A DNA stretch of 46,221 nucleotides, from positions 1 to 46,221 of the forward strand of contig JAPUGL010000057.1 in assembly GCA_027292775.1 (NCBI GenBank), in the 5' to 3' direction. The notes beneath the pieces are model-generated. The model was given only the letters and a program-made list of their open reading frames with translations, made no database searches and was not told the DNA's origin. Both the position numbers and the translations under genes were made by a program. This document shows positions 8,138 through 20,224 of the stretch, in pieces (the stretch's first letter is position 1; every line of letters starts with the position of its first letter). Source of the DNA: Gammaproteobacteria bacterium (lineage in GTDB: Bacteria; Pseudomonadota; Gammaproteobacteria; Steroidobacterales; MnTg04).

Positions 8138-10816
8138 ATGACGGACTCTTTTGACGCACGCTCGATACTGAAAGTAGGCGACAAGGAATACCAGATTTAC
8201 CGGTTGGACGCCCTTACAGGCACCAATTACAAACGCCTGCCCTTTTCGCTGAAGATTTTGCTCGAAAACCTTCTCCGGCACGAAGATGGTTTGGAAATTA
8301 CGGCGGATGATATCGAGGCTGTGGCGAACTGGGAAGCCAGTGCCGAGCCCAGCCAGGAGATTGCTTTCACGCCGGCGCGCGTTATTTTGCAGGACTTTAC
8401 CGGGGTGCCCGCAGTGGTCGATCTCGCGGCGATGCGTGATGCCGTTGTCAGGCTCGGCGGAAAGGCCGATGACATCAACCCTCAGTCACCCGCCGAACTG
8501 GTTATCGATCACTCGGTCCAGGTCGATAATTATGGTTCAGCCGATGCACTTGACCTGAATAACATCATCGAGTTCCGACGCAACAAGGAGCGATATTCGT
8601 TCCTGCGCTGGGGACAAAACGCGTTTGACAACTTCAAAGTGGTTCCCCCCAACACCGGAATCGTTCACCAGGTCAATCTGGAGTATCTCGCACGGGTCGT
8701 CTTTGGGGTTAAAAGGGATGGAGTACTACAGGCATACCCGGACACACTGGTTGGCACCGATTCCCACACCACGATGGTGAATGGACTGGGGGTGCTTGGC
8801 TGGGGAGTCGGTGGCATTGAGGCCGAAGCGGCCATGCTGGGTCAGGCGATCACGATGTTGATCCCACAGGTCATCGGTTTCAAACTAAGCGGCAATTTGC
8901 CTGAAGGCGCCACCGCGACCGACCTGGTACTCACCGTTACCCAGATGTTGCGTGAAAAAGGCGTGGTTGGAAAATTCGTCGAATTCTTTGGCGATGGTCT
9001 GGCGAACCTGCCGCTCGCCGATCGTGCGACGCTGGCCAATATGGCGCCAGAGTTCGGCAGTACCTGCGCAATATTCCCGATCGATGGTGAGACGCTCCGT
9101 TACCTCGAATTGAGCGGACGCGATGCGCACACCATTGAATTGGTCGAAGCCTATGCCAGGGCGCAGGGTCTCTGGCGTGAAGACGGACAACCCGATGCAG
9201 ATTACAGTGACGTTCTGGAACTGGACGTAGGCAGCGTCGAACCCAGCATCGCCGGGCCGAAGCGTCCGCAGGATCGTATCGCGCTGAAATCGGCGTCCAC
9301 GGTATTTCAGGACCACCTGGCCAGGGAGACCAGCGGCAGAAAAGGTAACGGCCAGGCAGAAGTCAGCATGGATGGCGAGGACTTTGAACTTCGCGATGGG
9401 TCGGTGTTGATCGCGGCCATTACCAGCTGCACGAATACATCGAACCCGGCCGTGATGATGGCGGCTGGCATGCTGGCACGAAACGCCGCTGCAAAAGGGC
9501 TAAAAGCCAAGCCGTGGGTGAAGGGCAGCCTTGCACCGGGCTCACGGGTGGTCACCGACTACCTCGAGAAAGCGGATTTGCTGGACGATCTGGAGAAAAT
9601 GGGATTTTATCTGGTCGGTTATGGTTGCACGACATGTATCGGAAACTCCGGCCCGCTGCGACCGGAAATTCATGAAGCGGTGGTAAAAAACGACCTGGTG
9701 GGTTGTGCAGTGCTCTCGGGCAACCGAAATTTCGAGGGTCGCATTCACCCGTTGGTCAGAATGAATTTTCTCGCTTCACCGCCGCTTGTAGTGGCCTATG
9801 CGCTGGCCGGCAATATGAACGTCGACGTGGCCAACAGCTCGCTGGGAGAAGATGCGGACGGCAAGCCCGTTTATCTGCGGGATATCTGGCCCAGCCAGCG
9901 TGAAATTCACGAAATGATAAGCGCCTGCGTCAGCCGTGAAATGTTCAAGCATGAGTACGGACAGGTATTCGAAGGCGACAACAACTGGAATGGATTGAAG
10001 GTCGCCGATGGAGAACTCTACCAGTGGGAAGCGGATTCGACCTATGTCAAGAATCCACCTTATTTTGAGGGTATGACGATGGAGGCTGCGCCGGTCGACG
10101 ATATATCCGGCGCGCGAGTGCTGGCCCTGCTGGGTGACTCGGTAACCACCGACCACATTTCACCGGCAGGCAGTATTGCGAGCGACAGCCCGGCCGCCGA
10201 TTACCTGCGGGCAGAGGGCGTCAAGCCGGCCGACTTCAATTCCTACGGCTCCCGGCGCGGTAACCACGAAGTCATGATGCGCGGCACATTTGCGAATATC
10301 CGCTTGCGTAACCAGCTGGCTCCGGGCACCGAGGGCGGCTGGACCTGCTATCAACCTGCTGGCGATCAAATGTCCATCTACGAAGCAGCCATGCGATATC
10401 GTAAAGAGGAAACTCCACTGGTCGTAATCGCCGGAAAGGAATACGGTACCGGCTCCTCTCGCGACTGGGCGGCCAAGGGAACCAAACTGCTCGGCGTGCG
10501 GGCGGTAATCGCAGAAAGTTATGAGCGAATCCATCGTTCTAACCTGATCGGAATGGGTGTATTGCCGCTGCAGTTCCTGGATGGAGAAAATGCGGGAAAA
10601 CTCGGTATCACGGGCCAGGAGAGTTTCACGATCAACGGCCTGGGCGACCCGCATGCGGAATCGGTAAGTGTGCTCGCGACGGCGGAATCGGGCGAGACGA
10701 TACGTTTTTCCGCGCGGGTCCGCATCGACACGCCAAAAGAACGTGAGTACTACACGAATGGAGGTATTCTCCACTACGTTTTGCGCCAATTGGCGGGGCG
10801 GAAAAAAGCAGCCTAA
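8138..10816 (+). CDS. acnA: Aconitate hydratase AcnA
   Basis: [37 protein letters not shown] (Fe-S ligands), [18 protein letters not shown]; 892 aa. Confidence 0.98.
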   Translation: MTDSFDARSILKVGDKEYQIYRLDALTGTNYKRLPFSLKILLENLLRHEDGLEITADDIEAVANWEASAEPSQEIAFTPARVILQDFTGVPAVVDLAAMRDAVVRLGGKADDINPQSPAELVIDHSVQVDNYGSADALDLNNIIEFRRNKERYSFLRWGQNAFDNFKVVPPNTGIVHQVNLEYLARVVFGVKRDGVLQAYPDTLVGTDSHTTMVNGLGVLGWGVGGIEAEAAMLGQAITMLIPQVIGFKLSGNLPEGATATDLVLTVTQMLREKGVVGKFVEFFGDGLANLPLADRATLANMAPEFGSTCAIFPIDGETLRYLELSGRDAHTIELVEAYARAQGLWREDGQPDADYSDVLELDVGSVEPSIAGPKRPQDRIALKSASTVFQDHLARETSGRKGNGQAEVSMDGEDFELRDGSVLIAAITSCTNTSNPAVMMAAGMLARNAAAKGLKAKPWVKGSLAPGSRVVTDYLEKADLLDDLEKMGFYLVGYGCTTCIGNSGPLRPEIHEAVVKNDLVGCAVLSGNRNFEGRIHPLVRMNFLASPPLVVAYALAGNMNVDVANSSLGEDADGKPVYLRDIWPSQREIHEMISACVSREMFKHEYGQVFEGDNNWNGLKVADGELYQWEADSTYVKNPPYFEGMTMEAAPVDDISGARVLALLGDSVTTDHISPAGSIASDSPAADYLRAEGVKPADFNSYGSRRGNHEVMMRGTFANIRLRNQLAPGTEGGWTCYQPAGDQMSIYEAAMRYRKEETPLVVIAGKEYGTGSSRDWAAKGTKLLGVRAVIAESYERIHRSNLIGMGVLPLQFLDGENAGKLGITGQESFTINGLGDPHAESVSVLATAESGETIRFSARVRIDTPKEREYYTNGGILHYVLRQLAGRKKAA

Positions 10817-10836
10817 TGCGGGCCTGCCCACATATA

Positions 10837-10973
10837 TCACCAGGGATCGCGGATTCTGGGTGAAGGCTCGGGCGGCTGAGGGCGGGGCTGGAGCGAAACC
10901 CATAGCGGTGACTATGGGTTGAGTGAAGACCAAGCTCAGCTGTCCGAGAACCAGCCAGGGTCACGATAGGTGG
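10837..10973 (+). repeat. Rod-shaped fold-back element (ERIC/MITE-like) in the acnA 3' region
   Basis: aacccatag(10897-10905)/ctatgggtt(10912-10920) perfect stem; ctcgggcggctgag(10867-10880)/ctcagctgtccgag(10935-10948) stem with G-U pairs; outer gattctgg/ccagggtc stem. Confidence 0.75.
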
Positions 10974-11064
10974 ACACCGGAGTAAAAACTGTAATCAGCA
11001 ATCAACGGATCGATGCCTAAATCTTCCGTTTCTTACACTCTGGCGGCTACCGCCCTGGTGAAAT

Positions 11065-11823
11065 ATGCGGGCTGACATCCCCGGCGAGTTAACGAAGCGA
11101 CTGGCGGCGGCACAAAGCGTGTGCGTTCTTACCGGCTCCGGCGTATCGGCGGAAAGTGGTGTGCCAACCTTTCGCGATGCGCAGACTGGACTGTGGGCGA
11201 AATTTCAACCGGAAGAGCTCGCTACGATGGAGGCTTTCCAGCGGGATCCATCGTTGGTCTGGGAATGGTATCAATGGCGCAGGAAGCTGGTGCGCCAGGC
11301 CAGGCCAAACCCGGCCCATTCCGCGCTGGCCGACCTGGAGCAGATGTTCCCCCATTTCAGCCTGATCTCGCAGAACGTTGACGGTCTGCACCAGGCGGCG
11401 GGCAGCCGGAATATGATCGAATTTCACGGCAATATCATGCGGACGATCTGCGCCGATGAAGGCTGCGTGATTGAGGACTATGACGCCAGTGAGTCGCCCC
11501 CACCCTGCCCCAACTGTGGCGCATATTTACGTCCGGACGTAGTCTGGTTTGGAGAGCAAATAGACAAGCAGGCCCTTGACGCAGCTATCGCATATGCAAG
11601 TGCCTGTGACGTGTTTTTCGCCATTGGCACATCGGCGCAGGTTCAGCCTGCCGCGGGGCTCGCGGAACTCGCGATTCAGTCGGGTGCCTGTATGGTCGAA
11701 ATAAATCCGCAGCAGACTTTGCTAAGCGATCGTGTTAGCTATGCGATTCATGGCAACGCGGCCCAGGTTTTGCCAGCGCTCATCCGGGCACTGCGCGGCC
11801 GTTTCCGCGAGCGTAAACAATAA
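11065..11823 (+). CDS. cobB: NAD-dependent protein deacylase (class III sirtuin)
   Basis: GSGVSAESGVPTFR, YxxR (WYQWRR) succinyl pocket, SQNVDGLHQ, FHGN, Zn-binding Cys pairs, RPDVVWFGE, GTS. Confidence 0.95.
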   Translation: MRADIPGELTKRLAAAQSVCVLTGSGVSAESGVPTFRDAQTGLWAKFQPEELATMEAFQRDPSLVWEWYQWRRKLVRQARPNPAHSALADLEQMFPHFSLISQNVDGLHQAAGSRNMIEFHGNIMRTICADEGCVIEDYDASESPPPCPNCGAYLRPDVVWFGEQIDKQALDAAIAYASACDVFFAIGTSAQVQPAAGLAELAIQSGACMVEINPQQTLLSDRVSYAIHGNAAQVLPALIRALRGRFRERKQ

Positions 11824-11845
11824 GCCTGCCAGAGGTGCATAACTC

Positions 11846-12667
11846 ATGACGACATTGGAAGGAAAGACTCTTTTTATCACCGGCGCGAGCCGTGGTATTG
11901 GCAGGGCGATCGCTTGTCGAGCGGCGCGTGACGGCGCAAACATCGTGATCGCCGCAAAATCTGAACGCCCGCACGCGAAACTTCCCGGCACTATTTCCAG
12001 TGTTGCGAAAGAAATAGAACAAGCTGGCGGCAACGCACTGCCGATCAGGACTGATATCCGCGACGAAGCACAGGTGAGCGCAGCGGTTGACCAGGCGGTT
12101 GGTCATTTTGGCGGCATCGATATGCTGGTCAACAATGCCAGCGCGATCTACCTGGCAGGTACTCTGGACACGCCGATGAAACGCTTTGACCTGATGTTTG
12201 ACGTCAATGTGCGGGGGACTTACCTGTGTTCCCAGACCTGTTTGCCGCATCTCTTGAAATCTGAATGCTCGAAGATACTCAATCTGGCGCCGCCACCCAA
12301 CCTGGACCCGAGGTGGTTTAAAGAGCATGTCGCATATTCTATCGCCAAGTACGGAATGAGCCTGTGTGTGCTCGGTATGGCCGAAGAGTTTGCCGACAGA
12401 GGTTTATCGGTCAGTGCGTTGTGGCCACGCACGGTGATAGCAACGGCCGCGATACAGATGTTGGGTGGACGCGTGAAACCCGAGCAATGCCGTCATCCGG
12501 AAATCGTTGCCGACGCGGCTCATCTGATTTTGTCGGCTTCGGACCAAAGATACAATGGGAAGTTTCTGATCGACGAGAATGTGCTCAGGGAATCTGGCAT
12601 TAGCGATTTTTCGCGCTATTTGGTCAGCCCGGGCACCGCACTGGCGCCCGATTTGTTTCTAGACTAA
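11846..12667 (+). CDS. Short-chain dehydrogenase/reductase, HSDL2-like
   Basis: TGASRGIG, PHAKLPGTI, NNASAI, YSIAK catalytic motif, LWPRTVIATAA. Confidence 0.9.
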   Translation: MTTLEGKTLFITGASRGIGRAIACRAARDGANIVIAAKSERPHAKLPGTISSVAKEIEQAGGNALPIRTDIRDEAQVSAAVDQAVGHFGGIDMLVNNASAIYLAGTLDTPMKRFDLMFDVNVRGTYLCSQTCLPHLLKSECSKILNLAPPPNLDPRWFKEHVAYSIAKYGMSLCVLGMAEEFADRGLSVSALWPRTVIATAAIQMLGGRVKPEQCRHPEIVADAAHLILSASDQRYNGKFLIDENVLRESGISDFSRYLVSPGTALAPDLFLD

Positions 12668-12692
12668 ATTGCTTCGGGCAGGAGCGGAAATA

Positions 12693-13700
12693 ATGAAAAA
12701 CATGTGGCAATGGCAGGAACCCGGTACGGAGAAAAGTCCGTGGCTGATCGGTGCCGGTGTTGCGCTCGCAGTCTTGCTCGTCATTATTCTTGTGCTGGCC
12801 TTCTGGTGGTCACGCGCGCCAAAACCGTTCTGGGTGACATCGGATGTATCCGGGCAACGCGCACCAATCGGTTTTTCCACGACCCAGACGCTGATCGAAG
12901 TGACCGAACTACTCCTCGACAAGCCGGGGGGGTTTCTGAGTAACGACATCGCCCCTCCCGGAATTTTTCTCGACAACATTCCAAGCTGGGAATTCGGTGT
13001 CGTGGTGCAGGTGCGCGATCTCGCCCGGGCCCTGCGAAATGACTACAGCCGCTCTCAGTCACAGTCGACGGAAGACGTCGATCTCGCTCGCGCGGAACCC
13101 GTACTGAATTACGATCACAACTCATGGATGCTGCCATCGAGTGAGGGGCAGTACCGGAAAGGAATTCGTTATCTCAAAGCCTATCGTGATCGCCTCAGCG
13201 ACCCGGGAAACCCTAACGCCCAGTTTTACGCACGGGCGGACAATTTCCGGGAATGGCTGGCGGTGGTTGAGAAAAGGTTGGGCAGTTTGTCTCAAAGACT
13301 CAGTGCCAGTGTCGGGCAGGTTCGGGTAAACACCGATCTTGCCGGTGAACGGGCCGCGGAAAACACCGATATTCTGCCCGACTACGTTTCGGTCAAAACG
13401 CCATGGTTAAAAATCGACAACGTATTTTTTGAGGCGAGAGGAACCGCCTGGGCGCTGGTGCATTTTCTCAGGGCCGCACAGTTTGATTTCGAGGAGGTCC
13501 TCAGGGACAAGAACGCGATTGTGTCGCTGCGCCAGATCATCCGTGAACTGGAGGGCGGCCTGCGTCCCATCAACAGTCCATTGATTATGAATGGCTCGGG
13601 CTATGGAGTTTTTGCCAATCACTCACTGGTGCTTGCATCGTATCTGTCGCGCGCCAATTCGGCAGTCATCAATCTCAGGGAATTGCTGGACCAGGGATAA
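12693..13700 (+). CDS. DUF2333 family membrane-anchored protein
   Basis: ATG at 12693 after GGAG; N-terminal TM; LLDKPGGFLSND..PP...LDNIPSWEFG, SRSQSQS.ED.DL, FYARADN, IDNVFFEARG motifs. Confidence 0.85.
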   Translation: MKNMWQWQEPGTEKSPWLIGAGVALAVLLVIILVLAFWWSRAPKPFWVTSDVSGQRAPIGFSTTQTLIEVTELLLDKPGGFLSNDIAPPGIFLDNIPSWEFGVVVQVRDLARALRNDYSRSQSQSTEDVDLARAEPVLNYDHNSWMLPSSEGQYRKGIRYLKAYRDRLSDPGNPNAQFYARADNFREWLAVVEKRLGSLSQRLSASVGQVRVNTDLAGERAAENTDILPDYVSVKTPWLKIDNVFFEARGTAWALVHFLRAAQFDFEEVLRDKNAIVSLRQIIRELEGGLRPINSPLIMNGSGYGVFANHSLVLASYLSRANSAVINLRELLDQG

Positions 13701-13725
13701 GCACAAAGCAGCGATAGGTGCGTAC

Positions 13726-14493
13726 TCATAACTCTGTAAGCAGCCAGCCCGGTATACGGGTCCAGCCATCGTTCAGATTCCTGTCGAGCATCCTGCCTCC
13801 CGGCGAAAATTGTTCGACGAGTGCCCAAAAACGCGGCGAGTGATTCATGTGCCTGAGGTGGCACAATTCATGAATCAGCAGGTAGCGAACCAGTTCCGGT
13901 TCCAGGAACAACAGACACAAATTCAAACTGAGCGTTTTATTCGTTGAACAGCTTCCCCAGCGCGAACGCTGTGCCCGAATCTGGATTACTTTTGGACGCA
14001 AACCGGTTTTCAATGCCAATTTACCAACCGCTGGTATCATGAATGCTCGCGCCTTTCGTCTGAGCCAGTTCAACAGCGCCCGCCGCCGTGCCACATCATC
14101 ATTGGCGCCAAATACCTCGAGACCGGTTTTAGATTCAGCCACTCGCAGCCTGGCACGCGGTTTCGCGTTATAGCTGACTGACCATTCCCGATCCAGCACG
14201 GCCAGCTTGATTTGCGACGGCGGCACCGTACCCGGCTCACGGTGACGACGGCTCATTCCTTCGCAGGTTTCCCGAATCCAGGTTGCATGCGCGCTGACAA
14301 ATGATTCCACTTCCTGCGCAGGGACACGCCTGGGGACGACGATCTCGACAACTCCCGGTGGATGTACCTGGATGCTCAGGTAACGCGCTCGACTGGAGCG
14401 CCGAATTCTGAAATTTGCAACGCCTTCCACAAATTCCAGCAACGGTAGCTGGCTTGTATCTAGCGACGACGGCGGTATGTAAGAGGTCTTCAA
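13726..14493 (-). CDS. YgjP/DUF45 (SprT-like, M48-related) zinc metallohydrolase
   Basis: RRSSRAR N-terminal motif, QRSRWGSCS, YLLIHELCHLRHMNHSPRFW; TTG start uncertain. Confidence 0.88.
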   Translation of the reverse strand: MKTSYIPPSSLDTSQLPLLEFVEGVANFRIRRSSRARYLSIQVHPPGVVEIVVPRRVPAQEVESFVSAHATWIRETCEGMSRRHREPGTVPPSQIKLAVLDREWSVSYNAKPRARLRVAESKTGLEVFGANDDVARRRALLNWLRRKARAFMIPAVGKLALKTGLRPKVIQIRAQRSRWGSCSTNKTLSLNLCLLFLEPELVRYLLIHELCHLRHMNHSPRFWALVEQFSPGGRMLDRNLNDGWTRIPGWLLTEL

Positions 14494-14536
14494 TTTATGT
14501 CAAACATTAGGTATTTAAGATAACTACTTGTTTATA

Positions 14537-16606
<2,070 letters not shown>

Positions 16607-16814
16607 TCATACGACACCTTTGGCGCTCGCATACAAGCCCGCTGCTGCCGGTATAGGTTGTTGCTGACGGGTAGCAAAATCCCCTAAGCTATCCACTACT
16701 TTTAGACGGATTCCCGGGAGCGCTGATGATTCGCTGTCCATTGCAATCTACGATTTTTCATCTGTTGGTCGCGGCACGCGGCTCGCCTGCCCACAAAAAC
16801 GAACAAATTGGCCA

Positions 16815-17699
16815 ATGAGCGAAATCCTGGAAGTTCGCAACCTGGTTAAAGAATATCCCGGCATAACCGCAGTAGCCGGAATCAGTTTTTCCGTAGAGGA
16901 AGGTAGTTGTTTTGGCATGCTGGGCCCCAACGGCGCCGGTAAGACCACGACTGTGGAAATCATGGAGGGCATAAGATCGGCCAGCAGTGGAGAAATGCTT
17001 TACCGCGGAAAACCGATCGGGGCGAATTTCAGGAATGAAGCGGGAATGCAATTTCAGTCCACGGCACTGCAGGATCACCTGACCGTACGGGAATCGCTGC
17101 AGTTGTTTCACGGCCTGTACCAACACGGTGCGGATCTCGACGAATTGATCGAATCCTGCTCGCTGAAACAACTTCTCGACAGGGATAACCGTAAACTCTC
17201 AGGCGGTCAGCGTCAGCGCCTATTGCTGGCAATCGCGCTGGTCAACGATCCGACAATCTTGTTCCTTGACGAGCCCACGACTGGTCTGGATCCGCAGGCC
17301 AGGCGCAATTTCTGGGACCTGATCGAAAAAATCAAAAAACGCCGCACGACAATTCTGTTGACCACCCACTACATGGACGAAGCCTATATCCTCTGCGACA
17401 CCATCGCGATCATGGACCACGGCGAGATTATCGCGCGCGGGTCACCGGAATCGCTGCTCAAGGAGCACTTCAGCGATGTAATTATCGAACTGCCACGCGA
17501 GGCTTTTACGGTATCACCGGCAAGTTTGCCCTGGACTATTCACGAGAAAATCGATTCAGTCGAGATATCGGTCGCAAGTGTCAGCGAAGCGGTGACGAAA
17601 TTGCTCGAGCTTGGCGTCGGTATCGACCGGATAAGAATCCGGCCACGCAACCTGGAAGACCTTTTCCTCGAACTGACCGGCACGGAGCTCAGGGCATGA
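16815..17699 (+). CDS. ABC-2 type exporter ATP-binding subunit
   Basis: Walker A GPNGAGKT, LSGGQ signature, LDEPTTGLDP, TTHYMDEA, C-terminal NLEDLFL. Confidence 0.95.
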   Translation: MSEILEVRNLVKEYPGITAVAGISFSVEEGSCFGMLGPNGAGKTTTVEIMEGIRSASSGEMLYRGKPIGANFRNEAGMQFQSTALQDHLTVRESLQLFHGLYQHGADLDELIESCSLKQLLDRDNRKLSGGQRQRLLLAIALVNDPTILFLDEPTTGLDPQARRNFWDLIEKIKKRRTTILLTTHYMDEAYILCDTIAIMDHGEIIARGSPESLLKEHFSDVIIELPREAFTVSPASLPWTIHEKIDSVEISVASVSEAVTKLLELGVGIDRIRIRPRNLEDLFLELTGTELRA

Positions 17700-18715
17700 G
17701 TGCTCGAATATTGTCCATCCTGCATGCGCGAAATATCGAGTTCCTCAGGGACCGCTCGGCGCTGGGCTGGAATATCCTGTTGCCGGTGCTGCTGGTTGTC
17801 GGCATGGGCGTTATTTTTTCGGGCGATGGCAGGGCCATGTTCAAGGTCGCGGTACTCCAGGAGTCCGAAGTGGTTGACGTAACGGCGCACCCCTTCCTGC
17901 AAACGCGGTACATCGATTTCTATGCAGTCAGCGACCTGGATGATGCGTTGGCCAAATTGTCACGCCACCAGATGGACATGCTGATCAGTCCCGCCGATCA
18001 ACCACCGCAATTCTGGGTCAATGAATCGGCGCCGAAGGGCTACATACTGGAGAAGTTGATCGCCAGCACCGGCACAAGCGATTTCAGCCGTGGCACGGTT
18101 ACCGGAACCGCGATTCGTTATGTGGACTGGCTGCTACCGGGAATTCTCGGCATGAACATGATGTTCAGTTGCCTGTTTGGCGTGGGTTATGTCGTGGTTC
18201 GCTATCGCAAGAACGGCTTCCTGAAGCGACTGAAGGCGACCCCGCTGACGCCGTTCGAATTTCTAACCGCACAAGTGCTGTCGCGCCTGGTGCTGATTAT
18301 TGGTCTGACGGCGATGGTTTTCGCAGGTACCAGCTACCTGATCGGTTTCAAAACGTCGGGCAGCTATGTCGCACTAATCGTCGTTGCCACGCTGGGCGCG
18401 ACCTGCATGATTTCCACGGGATTGCTGGTAGCGGTTCGCACGGCCAGCGAAGAACTCGCCGGCGGCCTGCTCAATATGATTTCCTGGCCGATGATGTTGC
18501 TGTCGGGAGTCTGGTTTTCGCTTGAAGGAACGCCCCAGTATGTGCAGAAAATTGCCGGCCTATTTCCGCTGACACCACTGCTCAGTGCGGCCCGCCATAT
18601 CATGCTGGATGGGGCGGGCCTGTCTGAGGTGATGCCCCAGGTCATTCAGCTTGCACTCATGACCGTGGCGTTACTGGCGATCGGCGCCTGGTTGTTCCGC
18701 TGGCAAGAAGACTAA
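17696..18715 (+). CDS. ABC-2 type exporter permease
   Basis: ATGA overlap with the ATPase; YVDWLLPGILGMN, LKRLKATP; about six TM segments. Confidence 0.92.
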   Translation: MSARILSILHARNIEFLRDRSALGWNILLPVLLVVGMGVIFSGDGRAMFKVAVLQESEVVDVTAHPFLQTRYIDFYAVSDLDDALAKLSRHQMDMLISPADQPPQFWVNESAPKGYILEKLIASTGTSDFSRGTVTGTAIRYVDWLLPGILGMNMMFSCLFGVGYVVVRYRKNGFLKRLKATPLTPFEFLTAQVLSRLVLIIGLTAMVFAGTSYLIGFKTSGSYVALIVVATLGATCMISTGLLVAVRTASEELAGGLLNMISWPMMLLSGVWFSLEGTPQYVQKIAGLFPLTPLLSAARHIMLDGAGLSEVMPQVIQLALMTVALLAIGAWLFRWQED

Positions 18716-18878
18716 AGGAGCCTGCACGGTAAAAAGTATTCCTACTGCGAAAGCGCCATAACGGTCCATTCTCCCAATCTTTTTCGTTGCATAGAACCAC
18801 TATGCGCCTCAAAAGATTGAAAAACTGCCCTCGCTCTGGCGTTTTCTCGTTGCGGAAATTTCTACCGTGCAGGCCCCT
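18716..18878. mobile_element. MITE-like fold-back element with terminal inverted repeats
   Basis: TIRs aggagcctgcacggta (18716-18731) / taccgtgcaggcccct (18863-18878), 15/16 match; flanked by ctaa and ctag; internal stems caatctttt/aaaagattg and gcatag/ctatgc. Confidence 0.75.
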
Positions 18879-18898
18879 CTAGTCTTACATCCTATTGA

Positions 18899-19261
18899 TT
18901 ATTTTCCGCCGGGTTTTTTCTTTGCCGCTTTCTTCTTGGTGGTCGTTTTGCCGGTGGCTTTGTTCTGGCCGCTTTCAACCCTGGGCCAGGCCCCGAACGG
19001 AAAAGGCAGGTACTCGTCGCTATAGCACAGAAAATCGATCACCTGACGGTAGTAAATGCCGAGCTGCCGGCCGAACTCCAGCAAGTTATCGTTACCTTTG
19101 CCGGTAATCAGCACGTGCACAAACTGTAAAACGACGACCAGCGTCAGGACGACGCTGCCAAGCCAGAAGATAAAGCCAAACAGCAACATATAGACCAGCC
19201 GTACCCAGGTATTGCGCGATGTAAGATTCTGTTCCAGTTCGCTCTTTTCGTTATCGCTCAT
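18899..19261 (-). CDS. DUF4389 domain small membrane protein (120 aa)
   Basis: True start MSDNEK at 19261 with upstream GAGG/AGGA; W.RL.YMLLF...QF...LITG..N..L..FG..L..Y......FL....E..PFPF..WP. Confidence 0.85.
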   Translation of the reverse strand: MSDNEKSELEQNLTSRNTWVRLVYMLLFGFIFWLGSVVLTLVVVLQFVHVLITGKGNDNLLEFGRQLGIYYRQVIDFLCYSDEYLPFPFGAWPRVESGQNKATGKTTTKKKAAKKKPGGK

Positions 19262-19363
19262 TTTCCTGCCCTCGGTGTTTCTGTTGCGGGTCGGTTCCCG
19301 TGACTTCACTGGGATACAATGCCCTTCCCTGATACAAATGGTACAAGACTTTTGCCCACGCGT

Positions 19364-20152
19364 ATGCAACTTATAGACATTGGCGCCAATTTGACCCACA
19401 AAAGTTTTGACCCGGATCGCGACCAAGTCATCAGCAGAGCTCACGACGCCGGTGTTGGCCGGATGATAGTCACCGGGAGCTCGGTGCACTGCAGCCGGCA
19501 GGCCGAGGAATTGGCGGCGGGCAATCCTGGCGTCCTGTACTCGACCGCCGGCATTCATCCTCATCATGCGGCCGAAACCCAGGCTATTGATCGTGAAGCG
19601 CTGTCCGATCTGTTGCAACTGGAAACCGTTGTTGCGGCCGGTGAGTGCGGTCTGGATTACTTTCGTAACTTCTCCCCAAAAGAAGATCAGCGTCGGGTCT
19701 TCTCCATGCAACTGGAAATGGCGGCCGAGCACAAGATGCCGGTCTTTTTACACCAGCGCGATGCGCATGAAGATTTCATCGCGATATTGAAAGAATACCT
19801 GCCTGCTATCCCCCGTGCTGTGGCACATTGTTTTACCGGCGACAACGACGAACTCGATGCGTGTCTGGATCTGAATCTGTATATCGGTATCACCGGTTGG
19901 ATATGCGACGAACGCCGCGGCGGTCACCTGAAAGACATAGTCGCAAACATTCCGCTGGACCGGTTGATGGTCGAAACCGATGCACCCTATCTTCTCCCGA
20001 GGGACCTCGACCCCAAACCGGGCGGCCGTCGAAACGAGCCCATGTACCTGCCGCACATCGTGCAAAGTATCGCCGAGGCACGCGGACTTGAGACGCCTGA
20101 GCTGGTTTCGTCGACAGCCAGGACCAGCGAGCAGTTTTTCGCGCTGCCCTGA
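19364..20152 (+). CDS. tatD: TatD family DNase
   Basis: LIDIGANL, TAGIHPH, GECGLDY, FLHQRDA, HCFTG, GITGWICDERRG, ETDAPYL, RNEP; ATG at 19364 preferred. Confidence 0.95.
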   Translation: MQLIDIGANLTHKSFDPDRDQVISRAHDAGVGRMIVTGSSVHCSRQAEELAAGNPGVLYSTAGIHPHHAAETQAIDREALSDLLQLETVVAAGECGLDYFRNFSPKEDQRRVFSMQLEMAAEHKMPVFLHQRDAHEDFIAILKEYLPAIPRAVAHCFTGDNDELDACLDLNLYIGITGWICDERRGGHLKDIVANIPLDRLMVETDAPYLLPRDLDPKPGGRRNEPMYLPHIVQSIAEARGLETPELVSSTARTSEQFFALP

Positions 20153-20224
20153 GCGCCGATTTGGTACGCATTGTGGTCTCCCTGGGTTAAATTACCGCCA
20201 TCTCCGACTAAGGACAGATATTCC

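Noticed and set aside
11065-11823. Sirtuin as an anti-phage SIR2 effector
   Set aside because: It is a full canonical CobB with a Zn domain and YxxR pocket, with no defence partner genes
16640-16745. Fluoride-riboswitch-like GCTGATGA in the fadH/ABC intergenic region
   Set aside because: The 5' GGNGATGG pseudoknot segment is missing and the downstream gene is not a fluoride-related gene
16772-16786. Sigma54 promoter (CGGCACG-N4-TCGC) before the ABC exporter
   Set aside because: GG-N10-GC spacing fits, but both flanks deviate from TGGCAC/TTGC and such matches arise by chance in GC-rich DNA
19262-19732. 277-aa ORF overlapping tatD on the opposite strand
   Set aside because: Only the last 120 aa look like DUF4389 and have their own RBS; the extension is antisense shadow of tatD
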